In this document: positions 18,999 to 29,044 of the stretch, piece by piece
How positions within the stretch are numbered: position 1 is the first letter of the stretch
Layout of the letters: every line of letters begins with the position of its first letter
Source of the DNA: a virus
Taxonomy: Duplodnaviria; Caudoviricetes
Virus record (IMG/VR): IMGVR_UViG_3300028805_000067
Location: 32,001-96,000 of that record
Length of the DNA stretch: 64,000 nt
Reading direction: 5' to 3' (one strand)
The notes under the pieces: model-generated
Told to the model about the DNA's origin: nothing
Database searches by the model: none
Seen by the model: the letters and a program-made list of their open reading frames with translations, nothing else
Translations under genes and position numbers: made by a program

Positions 18999-19796
18999 TT
19001 ATTCTTTTTCAACTGCTACATTTTTGTCTGGTACTTTTATCTGTTGCAAGCAGATATCACAATGATTTTTGCCAGCTCTACATCTCTGTTTACAAGTAAA
19101 TCTGCGTTCAGTAAATATAGGTGACACTAATGCTTCTGACATATCTGTATTTTCTAGCCCTTGAATAACAGGCCAGAGTTCCATGCCCCAATTATGATCT
19201 CTATATATATCTGTCACCACACCCATTTTCTTGTTCATTTGGTTGATAAATAAAGTATTAATACCAAAGGCCTCCGCAGTATGAACAGATTGTTCATTTG
19301 GTAATAGATACCAACCTCTTGCAGTTTCCGCCCCCTGCCAATTGCCTTCTTGCTGTACTACATCTGGAATAATGTAAATGTTAGGCTGATAATTAGCCTG
19401 TTTAATTAAATTATTTACACCTAACATATCAAAAGTCAATGGTATACTAATACCAATATCATCTACACCAATTGATAATAAATAAGCTAACCTATCATAT
19501 GACATACAAACCTCTAAAGAGCTTGTTTTAATATTTCTATTATGGCACATTTCAACGATTTCTTTTGTAATGATTACACATGAATCTAACATAATTCCGC
19601 CTTGAATCGCTTCTATTGTAGTTAGCATATTATCATATGGCTTATAAATTGGCATATACCAAATAAAAATATCTGGATATTCTTCATGGAACTTTAATAA
19701 TTCATTTAACTTTTGAGATGAAGAAAATACTAATTCATCTATGTGCCTATGCTTTAAATCTAGCATAGCATTAGAATAAAACATTCTGTATTTCAT
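18999..19796 (-). CDS. Peptidase U32-like protein with C-terminal Cys cluster
   Basis: TIM-barrel-like pattern (LLSIGVDDIGI) and RFTCKQRC..HCDIC. Confidence 0.45.
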   Translation of the reverse strand: MKYRMFYSNAMLDLKHRHIDELVFSSSQKLNELLKFHEEYPDIFIWYMPIYKPYDNMLTTIEAIQGGIMLDSCVIITKEIVEMCHNRNIKTSSLEVCMSYDRLAYLLSIGVDDIGISIPLTFDMLGVNNLIKQANYQPNIYIIPDVVQQEGNWQGAETARGWYLLPNEQSVHTAEAFGINTLFINQMNKKMGVVTDIYRDHNWGMELWPVIQGLENTDMSEALVSPIFTERRFTCKQRCRAGKNHCDICLQQIKVPDKNVAVEKE

Positions 19797-19865
19797 TTTT
19801 TCTCCTTATGTAACAATGGGGATGGCGACCGCCGCCATCCCCAACATCTTTTTTATAGAAAGCTA

Positions 19866-20237
19866 TTAAGCCATTCTATACTTAGTAACTCTCTTCTTAT
19901 CAACTGTAACGATTTCCTTTACAATTGCACCACTTGCAATTGGCTCACGAAGTCTTGCAGCAACCTTTGCAACAGTAACTTCATCATCACCAATAGCAGC
20001 TACAATCTCTGCTGCGGAAATGAGTTCATTACCAATAAGGCTAAGTACTACTTTTGTAAGTTCATCAGGCTCTTTATTAGCTCTCTTCTCTGCTCTACGA
20101 GCTGCTTCCTTCTCATTCTTAGCTACAATCTGCGCGATCTTCTTATTGCAAAGTTCCTTAACTGCATCAGATGCCTCTGCGTATCCAAGAATCTCATTGT
20201 AAAGTTCGGTTTCAGTAAATTTCTTTTCGTCTGCCAT
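19866..20237 (-). CDS. Winged-helix DNA-binding protein (paralog 1)
   Basis: ISAAEIV..VTVAKVAARLREPIASGAIVK..Y. Confidence 0.65.
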   Translation of the reverse strand: MADEKKFTETELYNEILGYAEASDAVKELCNKKIAQIVAKNEKEAARRAEKRANKEPDELTKVVLSLIGNELISAAEIVAAIGDDEVTVAKVAARLREPIASGAIVKEIVTVDKKRVTKYRMA

Positions 20238-20400
20238 GTTTGTGTTCTCCTTTTTCTCTTTATAATCATATTATACTAAAATTTTTTATAAAAGTAAAGA
20301 ATGTTTGTAACTCTTTAAGCGAGCACCTTTCCTTATCTTCTGAATATATTATATCAAAAATTTTTAAGTTTTTCAACTGCATGATAAAAAGCTAGCTTAA

Positions 20401-20697
20401 TTAATCAAAACGCAAGTTGTTCATTAAAGTAGCAACTACATCTCTGTAATTCAAATCATATTCGTCTTTTATCATATACAGATAATTAACATTATTTACA
20501 AATACTTCCTGTTCATCTGTTGTCATATCATGCCAGCCTGGGTCATTTGTAAACATATAACCACAATTGCGCAAAAATCCTTCTGCAACTCTTTCAATCA
20601 TAATATAAATATCATCAGTATTTCTTTTCTTTTCGCCAGTTGTCAGGTCATAACCCTCGGCCTCCGCCATATAAAGTCCAAACGCTAAGTCTATCAT
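20401..20697 (-). CDS. Hypothetical protein
   Basis: 98 aa. Confidence 0.7.
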   Translation of the reverse strand: MIDLAFGLYMAEAEGYDLTTGEKKRNTDDIYIMIERVAEGFLRNCGYMFTNDPGWHDMTTDEQEVFVNNVNYLYMIKDEYDLNYRDVVATLMNNLRFD

Positions 20698-20699
20698 AA

Positions 20700-20903
20700 T
20701 TAATCCCTTCCAAAATCATCAATCAAATCAGATAATGCTTCTACATCTTTTTCTTCACAATACTGCAACTCAATGTGTCTCATTGCAAGTAGCTTTAATA
20801 CTTCGATATCACTAATGCGTAGTTTGTATTTCTTTTTCAGCCGCTTAATTTCTTTAATCAGCCTCCGCAATACATCATTCGGTGATTCTTCCATTTGCAA
20901 CAA
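20700..20903 (-). CDS. Hypothetical protein
   Basis: 67 aa, promoter and RBS. Confidence 0.7.
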   Translation of the reverse strand: MLQMEESPNDVLRRLIKEIKRLKKKYKLRISDIEVLKLLAMRHIELQYCEEKDVEALSDLIDDFGRD

Positions 20904-20986
20904 CCTCTTTTCTTTTTCATTTTTTACAATTATATTATAACAAAATTTTTCAAAAAATAAAAGCCGACTTTATAATCGGCTTTATT

Positions 20987-22093
20987 TTAAATATGTGTTG
21001 GACGGGGCGGGATTTGCTCTAAAAGCCACTTCATAGGTTTTTTATAAAAGATTTCCTCTACTGTTGCGCCTTGAAATAAAACTGCAAAAGCAAAAGAGGC
21101 ATATGGCTCATCCTTTATCCTCAATGCTAATTCTTTTCTATTGTGGTCGCTCTCGCAATAGATGGCTTCCGCATAATTAACAAAGTTATTAATATCCTCA
21201 AGTAATTCCGCAATCTTATACTGATAATATAATATATCCACTTTAAACATCTTCTGCATTTCTTCAGAGATATTATTAGTAAATACTAATTCAAGCAACT
21301 CTTTATGAGGTGCGCCATTATTGCGTACATGATGTGCCATAAGATATTCTGGCGTTTTTACCTTAATTCTATGATACTGATCATCAACTACAACAAATCC
21401 TTCTTTTATACCTTCTGCGCTGCACAATTGATTAACAAGTTCTACACAATCATTTAAGTTATATTTAGTTAATTGATACTCTTTAGGATGCGGAATTCCT
21501 ATATTAATAGTGTATTCTTCACCTGTTATATTATTACGAGTACCAGTATGATATAATTTAGTCAATGGATAATCAATAACTATTTTATTATATGGTGAAA
21601 CCAATTCAAATATATAAGTATAATTACGATTAAGCAATTCAAAATCAATATCATTAAAATTAACAGCAGATTTAAACAATTCCGCATAAGTAACATTGTA
21701 ATTACTTACCAATGCTTGATTTGCATCAATACAACTATTAGTAGATATCATCCAACCAGTACCTGAAGTATACCACAATTTCATAATTGAACCATCTATC
21801 TTCTCTTGAATTTGTGCAGTAGACCAATCTATTTTATCCACATACCCTTCCCAATAATTGCCAAATTTGCGAAATGGTAAGCAGACAACAGGAAAATCAT
21901 TAGAAGATATATCTATAATTATACCTCTAGCCTCTTGTACATAGGGATCGTAGAAATCTGCACCTATATCATAGTTAAATATTAAAAGATCGCCATCCGA
22001 TTTAATGCGTATCTTTTTATCCGCACAAATAGAATATACTTCTGATAATGGGTAATTAAGTAATAATTCTCTTATTTTGGAATAATTATACAT
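20987..22093 (-). CDS. RNA ligase, T4 Rnl1-like
   Basis: EARGII, PFRKFGNY, QEKIDGS, FELVSPYNKIV, EGFVV and RIKVK motifs. Confidence 0.88.
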   Translation of the reverse strand: MYNYSKIRELLLNYPLSEVYSICADKKIRIKSDGDLLIFNYDIGADFYDPYVQEARGIIIDISSNDFPVVCLPFRKFGNYWEGYVDKIDWSTAQIQEKIDGSIMKLWYTSGTGWMISTNSCIDANQALVSNYNVTYAELFKSAVNFNDIDFELLNRNYTYIFELVSPYNKIVIDYPLTKLYHTGTRNNITGEEYTINIGIPHPKEYQLTKYNLNDCVELVNQLCSAEGIKEGFVVVDDQYHRIKVKTPEYLMAHHVRNNGAPHKELLELVFTNNISEEMQKMFKVDILYYQYKIAELLEDINNFVNYAEAIYCESDHNRKELALRIKDEPYASFAFAVLFQGATVEEIFYKKPMKWLLEQIPPRPTHI

Positions 22094-22127
22094 ATAAAAT
22101 CACCTCTTATTAAAAAATTATTATAAA

Positions 22128-22364
22128 TTAAAATGTAGGTATAAATATATACAATAATATACTACATAAAGTTATACATAGAAATATATAAAAAATAGAT
22201 TTCATGCGTTTTTGATCGGCATTATCCATTTCTGCGCATAAAAACAATCCAAGCATAGTTGCAACTATTGCACCAAGTATAGCTAATGCACCACTAATCA
22301 TACATATCTTATTACAAATATTCTGAATATATAAAAGTTTAACACTCTCTGTCATATCGTTCAT
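22128..22364 (-). CDS. Membrane protein
   Basis: Two transmembrane segments. Confidence 0.65.
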   Translation of the reverse strand: MNDMTESVKLLYIQNICNKICMISGALAILGAIVATMLGLFLCAEMDNADQKRMKSIFYIFLCITLCSILLYIFIPTF

Positions 22365-22542
22365 CCTTCTTTCTTGCTCTTTCTAACAGCTCGCCCCGCC
22401 TATCTTCACGACAAGGCTTTCTTCCTTTTGCTGGGGTATAGCTTTTACATACCTGACAATGTTTCCAAAAAGTTCCTTCTTTACCTAATCTACACATATT
22501 TTCACATTCATAATGTTTACAAGGGACACATCTATCTTTCAT
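22339..22542 (-). CDS. Cys-rich small protein
   Basis: Several CxxC-like motifs. Confidence 0.7.
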   Translation of the reverse strand: MKDRCVPCKHYECENMCRLGKEGTFWKHCQVCKSYTPAKGRKPCREDRRGELLERARKKDERYDREC

Positions 22543-22544
22543 AT

Positions 22545-23177
22545 CTATACTCCTTCATACCAGCCTGAATAATCAAATACTTTTGGTATCTGCTTATCAT
22601 CTTTTAATATGTAACCTAAATTATTATAATGCAAATCATTTATACCAATTGTTTCTATGAAATCTGTAAAAGCGGCGGTGCTTGCGGCGCCGAAAGTTCT
22701 AATGCACTCCGCCACAAAGTTATCGTTAAATGAATTGTTAATCTTGTTATCTTTGATTACTTGACTATTTTCTTTTGAGCTATAATCACTAACAAAAGTA
22801 GTCTGATTAGCTCTTTCTTGCGCATATACATAAATATTATTAAATGAACCAATATACTGTTCTTCACAAAAGAACTCACTTACATTATAAGTTTTAGCCT
22901 CTTGATACATATCACATTCCATTTCACAATAATCTGGAATTAGAACAACATCTCCGACATTTGTATCATATGTATGGGTAAAAGGTATCTTTAATACAAA
23001 GTCATCATCTTTGTCAATACAAATGACAAGTTTAGATGCGCCACACCGCCACCATTCATAAGGTGCTTCAAAGTAATTCATTAAATGTTCAATAGTATCT
23101 TCACTAAATTCACCCTCAAAGATGGCAAAACATTCTTTATATTTTTCAAAATATGCACGCGCCTTTGCTATATTCAT
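22545..23177 (-). CDS. Protein kinase-like protein
   Basis: GASKLV loop, VLKIP, DLHYNNLG catalytic loop, FDYS (DFG-like). Confidence 0.75.
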   Translation of the reverse strand: MNIAKARAYFEKYKECFAIFEGEFSEDTIEHLMNYFEAPYEWWRCGASKLVICIDKDDDFVLKIPFTHTYDTNVGDVVLIPDYCEMECDMYQEAKTYNVSEFFCEEQYIGSFNNIYVYAQERANQTTFVSDYSSKENSQVIKDNKINNSFNDNFVAECIRTFGAASTAAFTDFIETIGINDLHYNNLGYILKDDKQIPKVFDYSGWYEGV

Positions 23178-23178
23178 T

Positions 23179-24051
23179 TTACATCACCTTCACTCTTGTT
23201 ACTGTTGTCTGTTTTGTTCCTTTATAATCTTCATGTTTCTTTACTGTTGCTATAATATGATATACTTTGCCTTCATCCATATGCGGATTAGAAGCGGTAA
23301 ACCATACAAGTTTATTACCGTTGCTATTTAATATATATACATGCCCGCTGCCATATTTGCCGCTATATCCACCAATAGAAGAAACTTCTATGTCTAATTC
23401 TACTTTCTCACCAACTATACCAATATAGTCAGAAGTAGCGAATTCTTCATCTACTATTCTTGTTGCATTTTCAATCTTATCTTTTGCATCTGGTAACAAA
23501 CAGTACATATCAACATTTTCATCTAAATTATAAATATCATAAAAAGATACAAGTGTAACAAAAGTACCTTCAGGAACTTCTATCGGCTGCGGAGAATGCC
23601 ATCCAAGTGTATAATCAAATACTGCGCCATTAGCTTTTAATTCATCTTTAATACTGTAAGTTTCACCATAATACAGATAGCTTTCATCATTACTATTGAA
23701 GCCGTGTTTAGTTTTAAATTCTTCCTTCATCTTTCGGTGGCGGTCGTCGCGTTCATGCTGCCTGCGAGCTTCTGCCGCCGCTTGCTGATTTTTATAGGTT
23801 TGGTACTCATTTTCAGTATAAAGTCTTATCTTTTTAGTTTCCCATTTATTGCCACAGCATTTAAAGCAAGTATAATCAGGTCTAATGTACCAACCAGCAC
23901 CTCCGCAACGACTGCAAAGTCTTTTCATATTTATATATAATTTATTATTTACTTCATAAATATCGCTATAAGGAAAATATCCTTTAATATCATAGCTATC
24001 TGCTACAAATAACTCAATTCCTTTGTAAGTTAAATTACATTTTGACATCAT
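23179..24051 (-). CDS. Zn-finger plus OB-fold nucleic-acid-binding protein
   Basis: CSRCGGAG..CFKCCG; C-terminal IGIVGEKV..GNKLVWF..ATVKKHEDYKG..TRVK. Confidence 0.6.
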   Translation of the reverse strand: MMSKCNLTYKGIELFVADSYDIKGYFPYSDIYEVNNKLYINMKRLCSRCGGAGWYIRPDYTCFKCCGNKWETKKIRLYTENEYQTYKNQQAAAEARRQHERDDRHRKMKEEFKTKHGFNSNDESYLYYGETYSIKDELKANGAVFDYTLGWHSPQPIEVPEGTFVTLVSFYDIYNLDENVDMYCLLPDAKDKIENATRIVDEEFATSDYIGIVGEKVELDIEVSSIGGYSGKYGSGHVYILNSNGNKLVWFTASNPHMDEGKVYHIIATVKKHEDYKGTKQTTVTRVKVM

Positions 24052-24171
24052 TATTACCTCTTGTTCTTGTTTTTTAGGTTTTATTTATTTTATATATTTT
24101 TCCTTTTTCTTAACTTTTTACAATTATATTATATCAAAATTTTTTAAAAAAATAAAGTAGCATTAATTATG

Positions 24172-24402
24172 CTACTTTATTCTCCTATAATCTATTGAAG
24201 TAATTTCTATTTTAGTTACTTGTACATCATAATCATATACGCGAGTCATTAAGAAAGCGCTATTATTTGTTATTTGTATCGCTGTAGTTTTATTAAGTTT
24301 CCTCCAAATTGCATCTTCCTGTGGCCATATAAAATAATCTCCTAAAATTAAATCACCAAAAACAGTTGGTTCAGTATTTGTTACATCATGTAATGTTATC
24401 AT
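24172..24402 (-). CDS. Hypothetical protein
   Basis: 76 aa, AAGGA RBS. Confidence 0.7.
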   Translation of the reverse strand: MITLHDVTNTEPTVFGDLILGDYFIWPQEDAIWRKLNKTTAIQITNNSAFLMTRVYDYDVQVTKIEITSIDYRRIK

Positions 24403-24421
24403 TATTTTATCCTTTCAAATA

Positions 24422-24856
24422 TTAGTCATGTATATCAATAACAGTATAAGAAATATCATTCTCTATACATGTTGATATAAGCCATCTAGTTGCGGTACAA
24501 GTGTTATCAAATAATTCTGGCATAATAATGTCATGTGTAGTATCTATCCAATAGTAATCATATGGGCGCTGTTGTTTTGATGGCTGCTTGTAAAGTTGAT
24601 ATATTGTAGCGGTATCCATTATTGTAGGCTGCACCATAATTGTAACACCCGTTTTTTCTACCTCATCATTTTCATCATCCGCATTATTAAAATGCTCACA
24701 CGCAAATTCATCTATCCAGTGAGCTTCTTGTTCTCTTGTTTTATTCTCGCATTCATTAATTTGTAGCTGCTGATTAGCATACATTTTATTTTTACAATGA
24801 TTTTCTTCCTCTTCATTGTTGAAATATTCTTCATCAAGTATATCTAATTCTGTCAT
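24422..24856 (-). CDS. Hypothetical acidic protein
   Basis: 144 aa, GGAGG RBS. Confidence 0.7.
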   Translation of the reverse strand: MTELDILDEEYFNNEEEENHCKNKMYANQQLQINECENKTREQEAHWIDEFACEHFNNADDENDEVEKTGVTIMVQPTIMDTATIYQLYKQPSKQQRPYDYYWIDTTHDIIMPELFDNTCTATRWLISTCIENDISYTVIDIHD

Positions 24857-24857
24857 A

Positions 24858-25034
24858 TTACCCCTCCATTACAATTGAATGAATAGCAAAAATAGGCTGT
24901 CCATGATAATCAGATTGAGCAATAGCTAATGCTGCATCTGCAAAACTTTTTGCTGCTACATATATTGTTACTAATTCATAATTATCCGTTTCTGTAATTA
25001 CGAATACTTCTGCTTTGTATATATTTACATCCAT
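24858..25034 (-). CDS. Hypothetical 58-aa protein (not in ORF track)
   Basis: MDVNIYKAEVF..; promoter and AAGGG RBS. Confidence 0.65.
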   Translation of the reverse strand: MDVNIYKAEVFVITETDNYELVTIYVAAKSFADAALAIAQSDYHGQPIFAIHSIVMEG

Positions 25035-25444
25035 AATCTTTCCCTTTCTTCATTTTTTACAATTATATTATATCAAAATTTTTTATTTTTCTCAAGCGGC
25101 GGCGGAAAAGCAAAAAATTTCCTTTTTAAAATACGCGCGTGTGCGTGCGCGCGAATAACATAATTTTTTTAAAATGTCAAATGCGGGCAGTAGCTAGAGT
25201 GGCAGCATGAAAGCTGGGTCGCCGCATCCATTTCAAAAAATATGAAATTTTTGATATAATATAATTGTAAAAAAATTAAAGAGGTGAGTTTAATGAGAAT
25301 TGTCCTTATAGTGTTGTTAATTATATTCCTTATTTGGGCTTGGAAAACCAAATAACAAGAGATAAAGTTGCATTTGGAAAAAATACAAATTTTTGATATA
25401 ATATAATTGTAAGATAAAAAAAGAAAGAAAGGAAAAAAATAATT

Positions 25445-25693
25445 ATGTTAATAGATTCTTGTACAGCATATCTTTTAAGTAATGAATATTTATCTAATTA
25501 TTCAAGAAAACAGTTAAATGACATTGGGGAGGCTATTAAACAGGCTTGTAGAAAAGGACACTTTTGGGTAGAAATAGATGGTTATGCAGATGAATTTATT
25601 AGAAAAGAATTGGAAAACCGAGGGTATGTAGTAATACAGCATATGGATCAAAGAGATGGTTGTAATTATGTAATTAAATGGGGAAAGAGATGA
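25445..25693 (+). CDS. Hypothetical protein
   Basis: 82 aa after promoter. Confidence 0.7.
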   Translation: MLIDSCTAYLLSNEYLSNYSRKQLNDIGEAIKQACRKGHFWVEIDGYADEFIRKELENRGYVVIQHMDQRDGCNYVIKWGKR

Positions 25694-26031
25694 TAACAAT
25701 GATAAAAGCAATATGGACAGGTAAATATCCTAATTTATGCTCTGGCACTTGGAAATTATATAGAAATGATGAAGATATATCTAATATGATTCCAGAAGAA
25801 TTAAGGCATGGACATATGAATACTTTTAATGAATATAGCAAATGGCATTTTAATTCACATTGGAGTGAAGAATGGGATACTTATACTGATGGTTTGGATG
25901 TAGAAGAGTGGATTCAAAAAAATGATTATTGGTTAAATAATATTACTAATGATTATGAAACAAAAGTAGATATTTATTTTACTTTTCAAGCATCTGATTG
26001 GCGATATGGTGAATGTGGAGGTTGTATATGA
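25678..26031 (+). CDS. Hypothetical Trp-rich protein
   Basis: Ends in ECGGCI; start uncertain. Confidence 0.7.
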   Translation: MGKEMITMIKAIWTGKYPNLCSGTWKLYRNDEDISNMIPEELRHGHMNTFNEYSKWHFNSHWSEEWDTYTDGLDVEEWIQKNDYWLNNITNDYETKVDIYFTFQASDWRYGECGGCI

Positions 26032-26273
26032 TTAACGCAAAGTATGCAAATGCATTGACTGAAGAAATGTTTTGTACTGGTGGTTACATTAGAAATATTA
26101 ATCAGGCTATCCTTCAAGCGGTTGCTGATGGGAAACCTCATACATATCTTGATTATACTATATTAGATGATGAAATTCTTGCGCATTATGCTAATCTTGG
26201 TTATACAATAACAAGAACAGTTATATGTAAAGCAAATGGTAGTTATTCATATAAATATATAATTAGTTGGTGA
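26028..26273 (+). CDS. Hypothetical protein
   Basis: ATGA overlap with upstream gene; weak resemblance to 25445 ORF. Confidence 0.7.
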   Translation: MINAKYANALTEEMFCTGGYIRNINQAILQAVADGKPHTYLDYTILDDEILAHYANLGYTITRTVICKANGSYSYKYIISW

Positions 26274-26281
26274 GGTAAAAT

Positions 26282-26635
26282 ATGATATATATAGGACAGG
26301 ATGATGCAGCAATAATAGCATTTACAATATTACTTATTATTTGTATTGCTTTATTTATATTTAGCATAGTATTAATGATTAAAAAGGACTTTGAGTTAGG
26401 GGAGTTAGGGGTTGTATTGTGTGTTAGCAGTTTAATAATGGGTTTTGTATGTTGGGCTTTAGTATTTGATATAAGCCATTGCTATAAGATTAAAATTGTT
26501 GATAAAAATGTAACCGTAAATGAATTAACTGATAAGTTTATAATTAAAAACTATGTTGTGAGAAATGATATTTGGTATGTTTATGAAAAAGATGGCGGTT
26601 ACAGTGTAAAGGCGTTAAATAATGATAATAATTGA
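26282..26635 (+). CDS. Membrane protein
   Basis: Two transmembrane segments. Confidence 0.7.
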   Translation: MIYIGQDDAAIIAFTILLIICIALFIFSIVLMIKKDFELGELGVVLCVSSLIMGFVCWALVFDISHCYKIKIVDKNVTVNELTDKFIIKNYVVRNDIWYVYEKDGGYSVKALNNDNN

Positions 26636-26648
26636 AAGGAGAAGATTT

Positions 26649-26939
26649 ATGAAGAAGATTAAAATTGTATTAGCTTTAGTAATTATATTAGCGTTGGTAT
26701 TGACCGGATGTAATAAACAGATATTTGATTTTCAGTATACTTTTGATACTGCTATTGTAACTGTAAATGGTGAAACTAAAATTTATTCTATAAGCAGTTG
26801 GACAGATTATGCTGAAGGCGAACAGTTACAGTTGATTTTACAAGATGGCTCAGTTATATTAGTAAGTTCATATAATACTATATTGGTTTGTACAAATGAT
26901 AATAATAGTAGTGTATTGATTAATGATTTAAATAAATGA
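26649..26939 (+). CDS. Putative lipoprotein
   Basis: Signal peptide with LTGC lipobox. Confidence 0.75.
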   Translation: MKKIKIVLALVIILALVLTGCNKQIFDFQYTFDTAIVTVNGETKIYSISSWTDYAEGEQLQLILQDGSVILVSSYNTILVCTNDNNSSVLINDLNK

Positions 26940-26949
26940 AAGGTCAAGA

Positions 26950-27294
26950 ATGAAGATAGTAATTGATATATCAGACGAATGGAAAACAAGAATTGAATAT
27001 AATCGGCGACCAAACACTATAGAATGCGGAGAACTTGTAGCAAGCATTTGGCGAGGTAAGATACTTCCGAAAGAACATGGAAGATTGTCCGATATGGATG
27101 AACTTGTAAAAAACATCGTGAAAGAATACGGTGTTAATAGTATTTACGAATTACCACAGGATATTAAGATGTTTTATGACAAGTTTATCAAGTCTGCACC
27201 GACTATTTTAGATGCAACATTTGATTATAAATTGAAAAATTATGCTTTTTTATTGCCGCCGTGTGAAATGTGCAAAACAGAAAGCGAGGAGTAA
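26950..27294 (+). CDS. Hypothetical protein, LPKxHGxLxD family
   Basis: Paralog of the 28007 and 28739 ORFs. Confidence 0.75.
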   Translation: MKIVIDISDEWKTRIEYNRRPNTIECGELVASIWRGKILPKEHGRLSDMDELVKNIVKEYGVNSIYELPQDIKMFYDKFIKSAPTILDATFDYKLKNYAFLLPPCEMCKTESEE

Positions 27295-27296
27295 GA

Positions 27297-27509
27297 ATGA
27301 CAGATAGAGAAAAAGCAATAGTAATGGCATATACGGGAGTATGCATGCTGACAGGTAATAAGTTTGAGATATTCCACAAATATGTTGAGGATATTATGGG
27401 CAGGCCAGTATGGACACATGAAATGGGGGTTAGGTCTATTATAAATGAGATAAAAGAAAAATCAAAGGGCGATTTCTTGGCATTGTGTCGTGGTGAGGAC
27501 ATGAAATGA
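27297..27509 (+). CDS. Hypothetical protein
   Basis: GAGGAG RBS. Confidence 0.75.
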   Translation: MTDREKAIVMAYTGVCMLTGNKFEIFHKYVEDIMGRPVWTHEMGVRSIINEIKEKSKGDFLALCRGEDMK

Positions 27510-27817
27510 ATGGATATTTAGATCGTGAAGGTAAATTGCATCCCTGTAATGCGTGGGGACACCTTGGCAAAGCGGCTGAGATAGTTGAAGGAATGGGCGT
27601 GAATGTTAAAAGCAGGCTTGATGCGGAAGAACACCTCAAAAGGCTCGGCTGGATAGTTGTGAGAAACCGTGATGTTTACGGTCTCATCGGACTTCGTGTT
27701 GACGGCAAGCGTTTGCACCTTACTGATGCTCAGAAAAACTTTCTGAATAAGTTGTACGGAGAAGTAAGCGAAGGCTGTATGATATCTATTGATAAGATTT
27801 TTGAGAATGATAGATAA
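27506..27817 (+). CDS. Hypothetical protein
   Basis: ATGA overlap. Confidence 0.75.
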   Translation: MNGYLDREGKLHPCNAWGHLGKAAEIVEGMGVNVKSRLDAEEHLKRLGWIVVRNRDVYGLIGLRVDGKRLHLTDAQKNFLNKLYGEVSEGCMISIDKIFENDR

Positions 27818-27831
27818 AGGGGTGAATAGAC

Positions 27832-28023
27832 ATGAAAGCATTTATTACAGTAATTGATGACAACGAAAAAGTAATTTGCAAGGAAAAAGTTTTAGAACCT
27901 GTTAAAGAAGAAATTGTCAACGATCTCTATCAACTGCCAATAAAGAAAACATGTTTTGCTTTTATAATCACACAACTTGCAGATTTTCAAAACTTGGAGG
28001 CAGAAGATGCAGATAGTAATTGA
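27832..28023 (+). CDS. Hypothetical protein
   Basis: 63 aa. Confidence 0.65.
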   Translation: MKAFITVIDDNEKVICKEKVLEPVKEEIVNDLYQLPIKKTCFAFIITQLADFQNLEAEDADSN

Positions 28024-28462
28024 TATACCAGAGATAGATTATGTTTTAGCTCATATAAAAGATTACAGTAGCATATATACTGATCGACACATAGCAGAAG
28101 CAATTGCAAATGGCACACCATTGCCAAAGGGACATGGGCGACTGATTGATGCAAGAGAATATGAAAACGATATTCGCAAGCATTATTTTGATAACAATAC
28201 AGTTATCCGATGCACTGAGATAGCACTTGATAATACACCAACAATTATAGAAGCAGATAGGGCAGAAAGTGAGGAGATCGAAGTACGGGAAGAACCGAAA
28301 GCAGAAAACAAGAAAAGGCTTACCAACGCAGAATGGAAAGATTTCCTGTCAGAGCAGTTCGGAATCAGCAGAACATCGGCGGCAGAAATGCTTCACGGAA
28401 TGATGAGATGGAAAGGTGAGGACAATTTCAAGAAAAGATTTAACGGAGGAGAAGCAAGATGA
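28007..28462 (+). CDS. Hypothetical protein, LPKxHGxLxD family
   Basis: GGAGG RBS; paralogy. Confidence 0.75.
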   Translation: MQIVIDIPEIDYVLAHIKDYSSIYTDRHIAEAIANGTPLPKGHGRLIDAREYENDIRKHYFDNNTVIRCTEIALDNTPTIIEADRAESEEIEVREEPKAENKKRLTNAEWKDFLSEQFGISRTSAAEMLHGMMRWKGEDNFKKRFNGGEAR

Positions 28463-28725
28463 GCAATTTGTATAATTTAAAAAGCTGTCCGTTCTGCGGC
28501 TCTAAAGCGTACTTTAAAACAATTAGTAGTGTCTCGAATGCAAGCAATCGGGGTGTTGGATATGAATTTAAAATAGCTTGTAATAATCATGACTGCCGTG
28601 TCTCAACACCAAAAACATACAAAATTGGTATGAAATTAAATGAGGTCGGTGAAATAAATATATACTGTGATGAAAGGATAAAAGCTGTTGAAGATTGGAA
28701 TGCGAGGTATAAAGGAGAAGAATAA
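28459..28725 (+). CDS. Lar-family restriction-alleviation-like zinc-ribbon protein
   Basis: LKSCPFCG..C..C..AVEDWNAR. Confidence 0.7.
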   Translation: MSNLYNLKSCPFCGSKAYFKTISSVSNASNRGVGYEFKIACNNHDCRVSTPKTYKIGMKLNEVGEINIYCDERIKAVEDWNARYKGEE

Positions 28726-28738
28726 AGGAGGAATAAGC

Positions 28739-29044
28739 ATGGCTGATATAGAATTAGTAATTAAGATTCCCGAAAATTATGATTTATCAAAGATATAAAA
28801 TGGGAGTATTGCAAGTAAAATGATTCTTAATGCTGTAGCAAATGGCAAACCCTTACCAAAAGGACATGGAGATTTGATTGACAAAGACAGATTATTAGAT
28901 GAATTGGAAAAGACGGTTAAATCTGTTGATGATACTAACAGACATTTTCTATTTTGGGATAGAGCCGTTGCACACATTCATCTATCAAAGCCAATCATTG
29001 AAGCAGACAGGACAGAAAGGGAAAACAATGAGTATTTTTATTAA
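28739..29044 (+). CDS. Hypothetical protein, LPKxHGxLxD family
   Basis: AAGGAGG RBS before MADIELVI. Confidence 0.7.
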
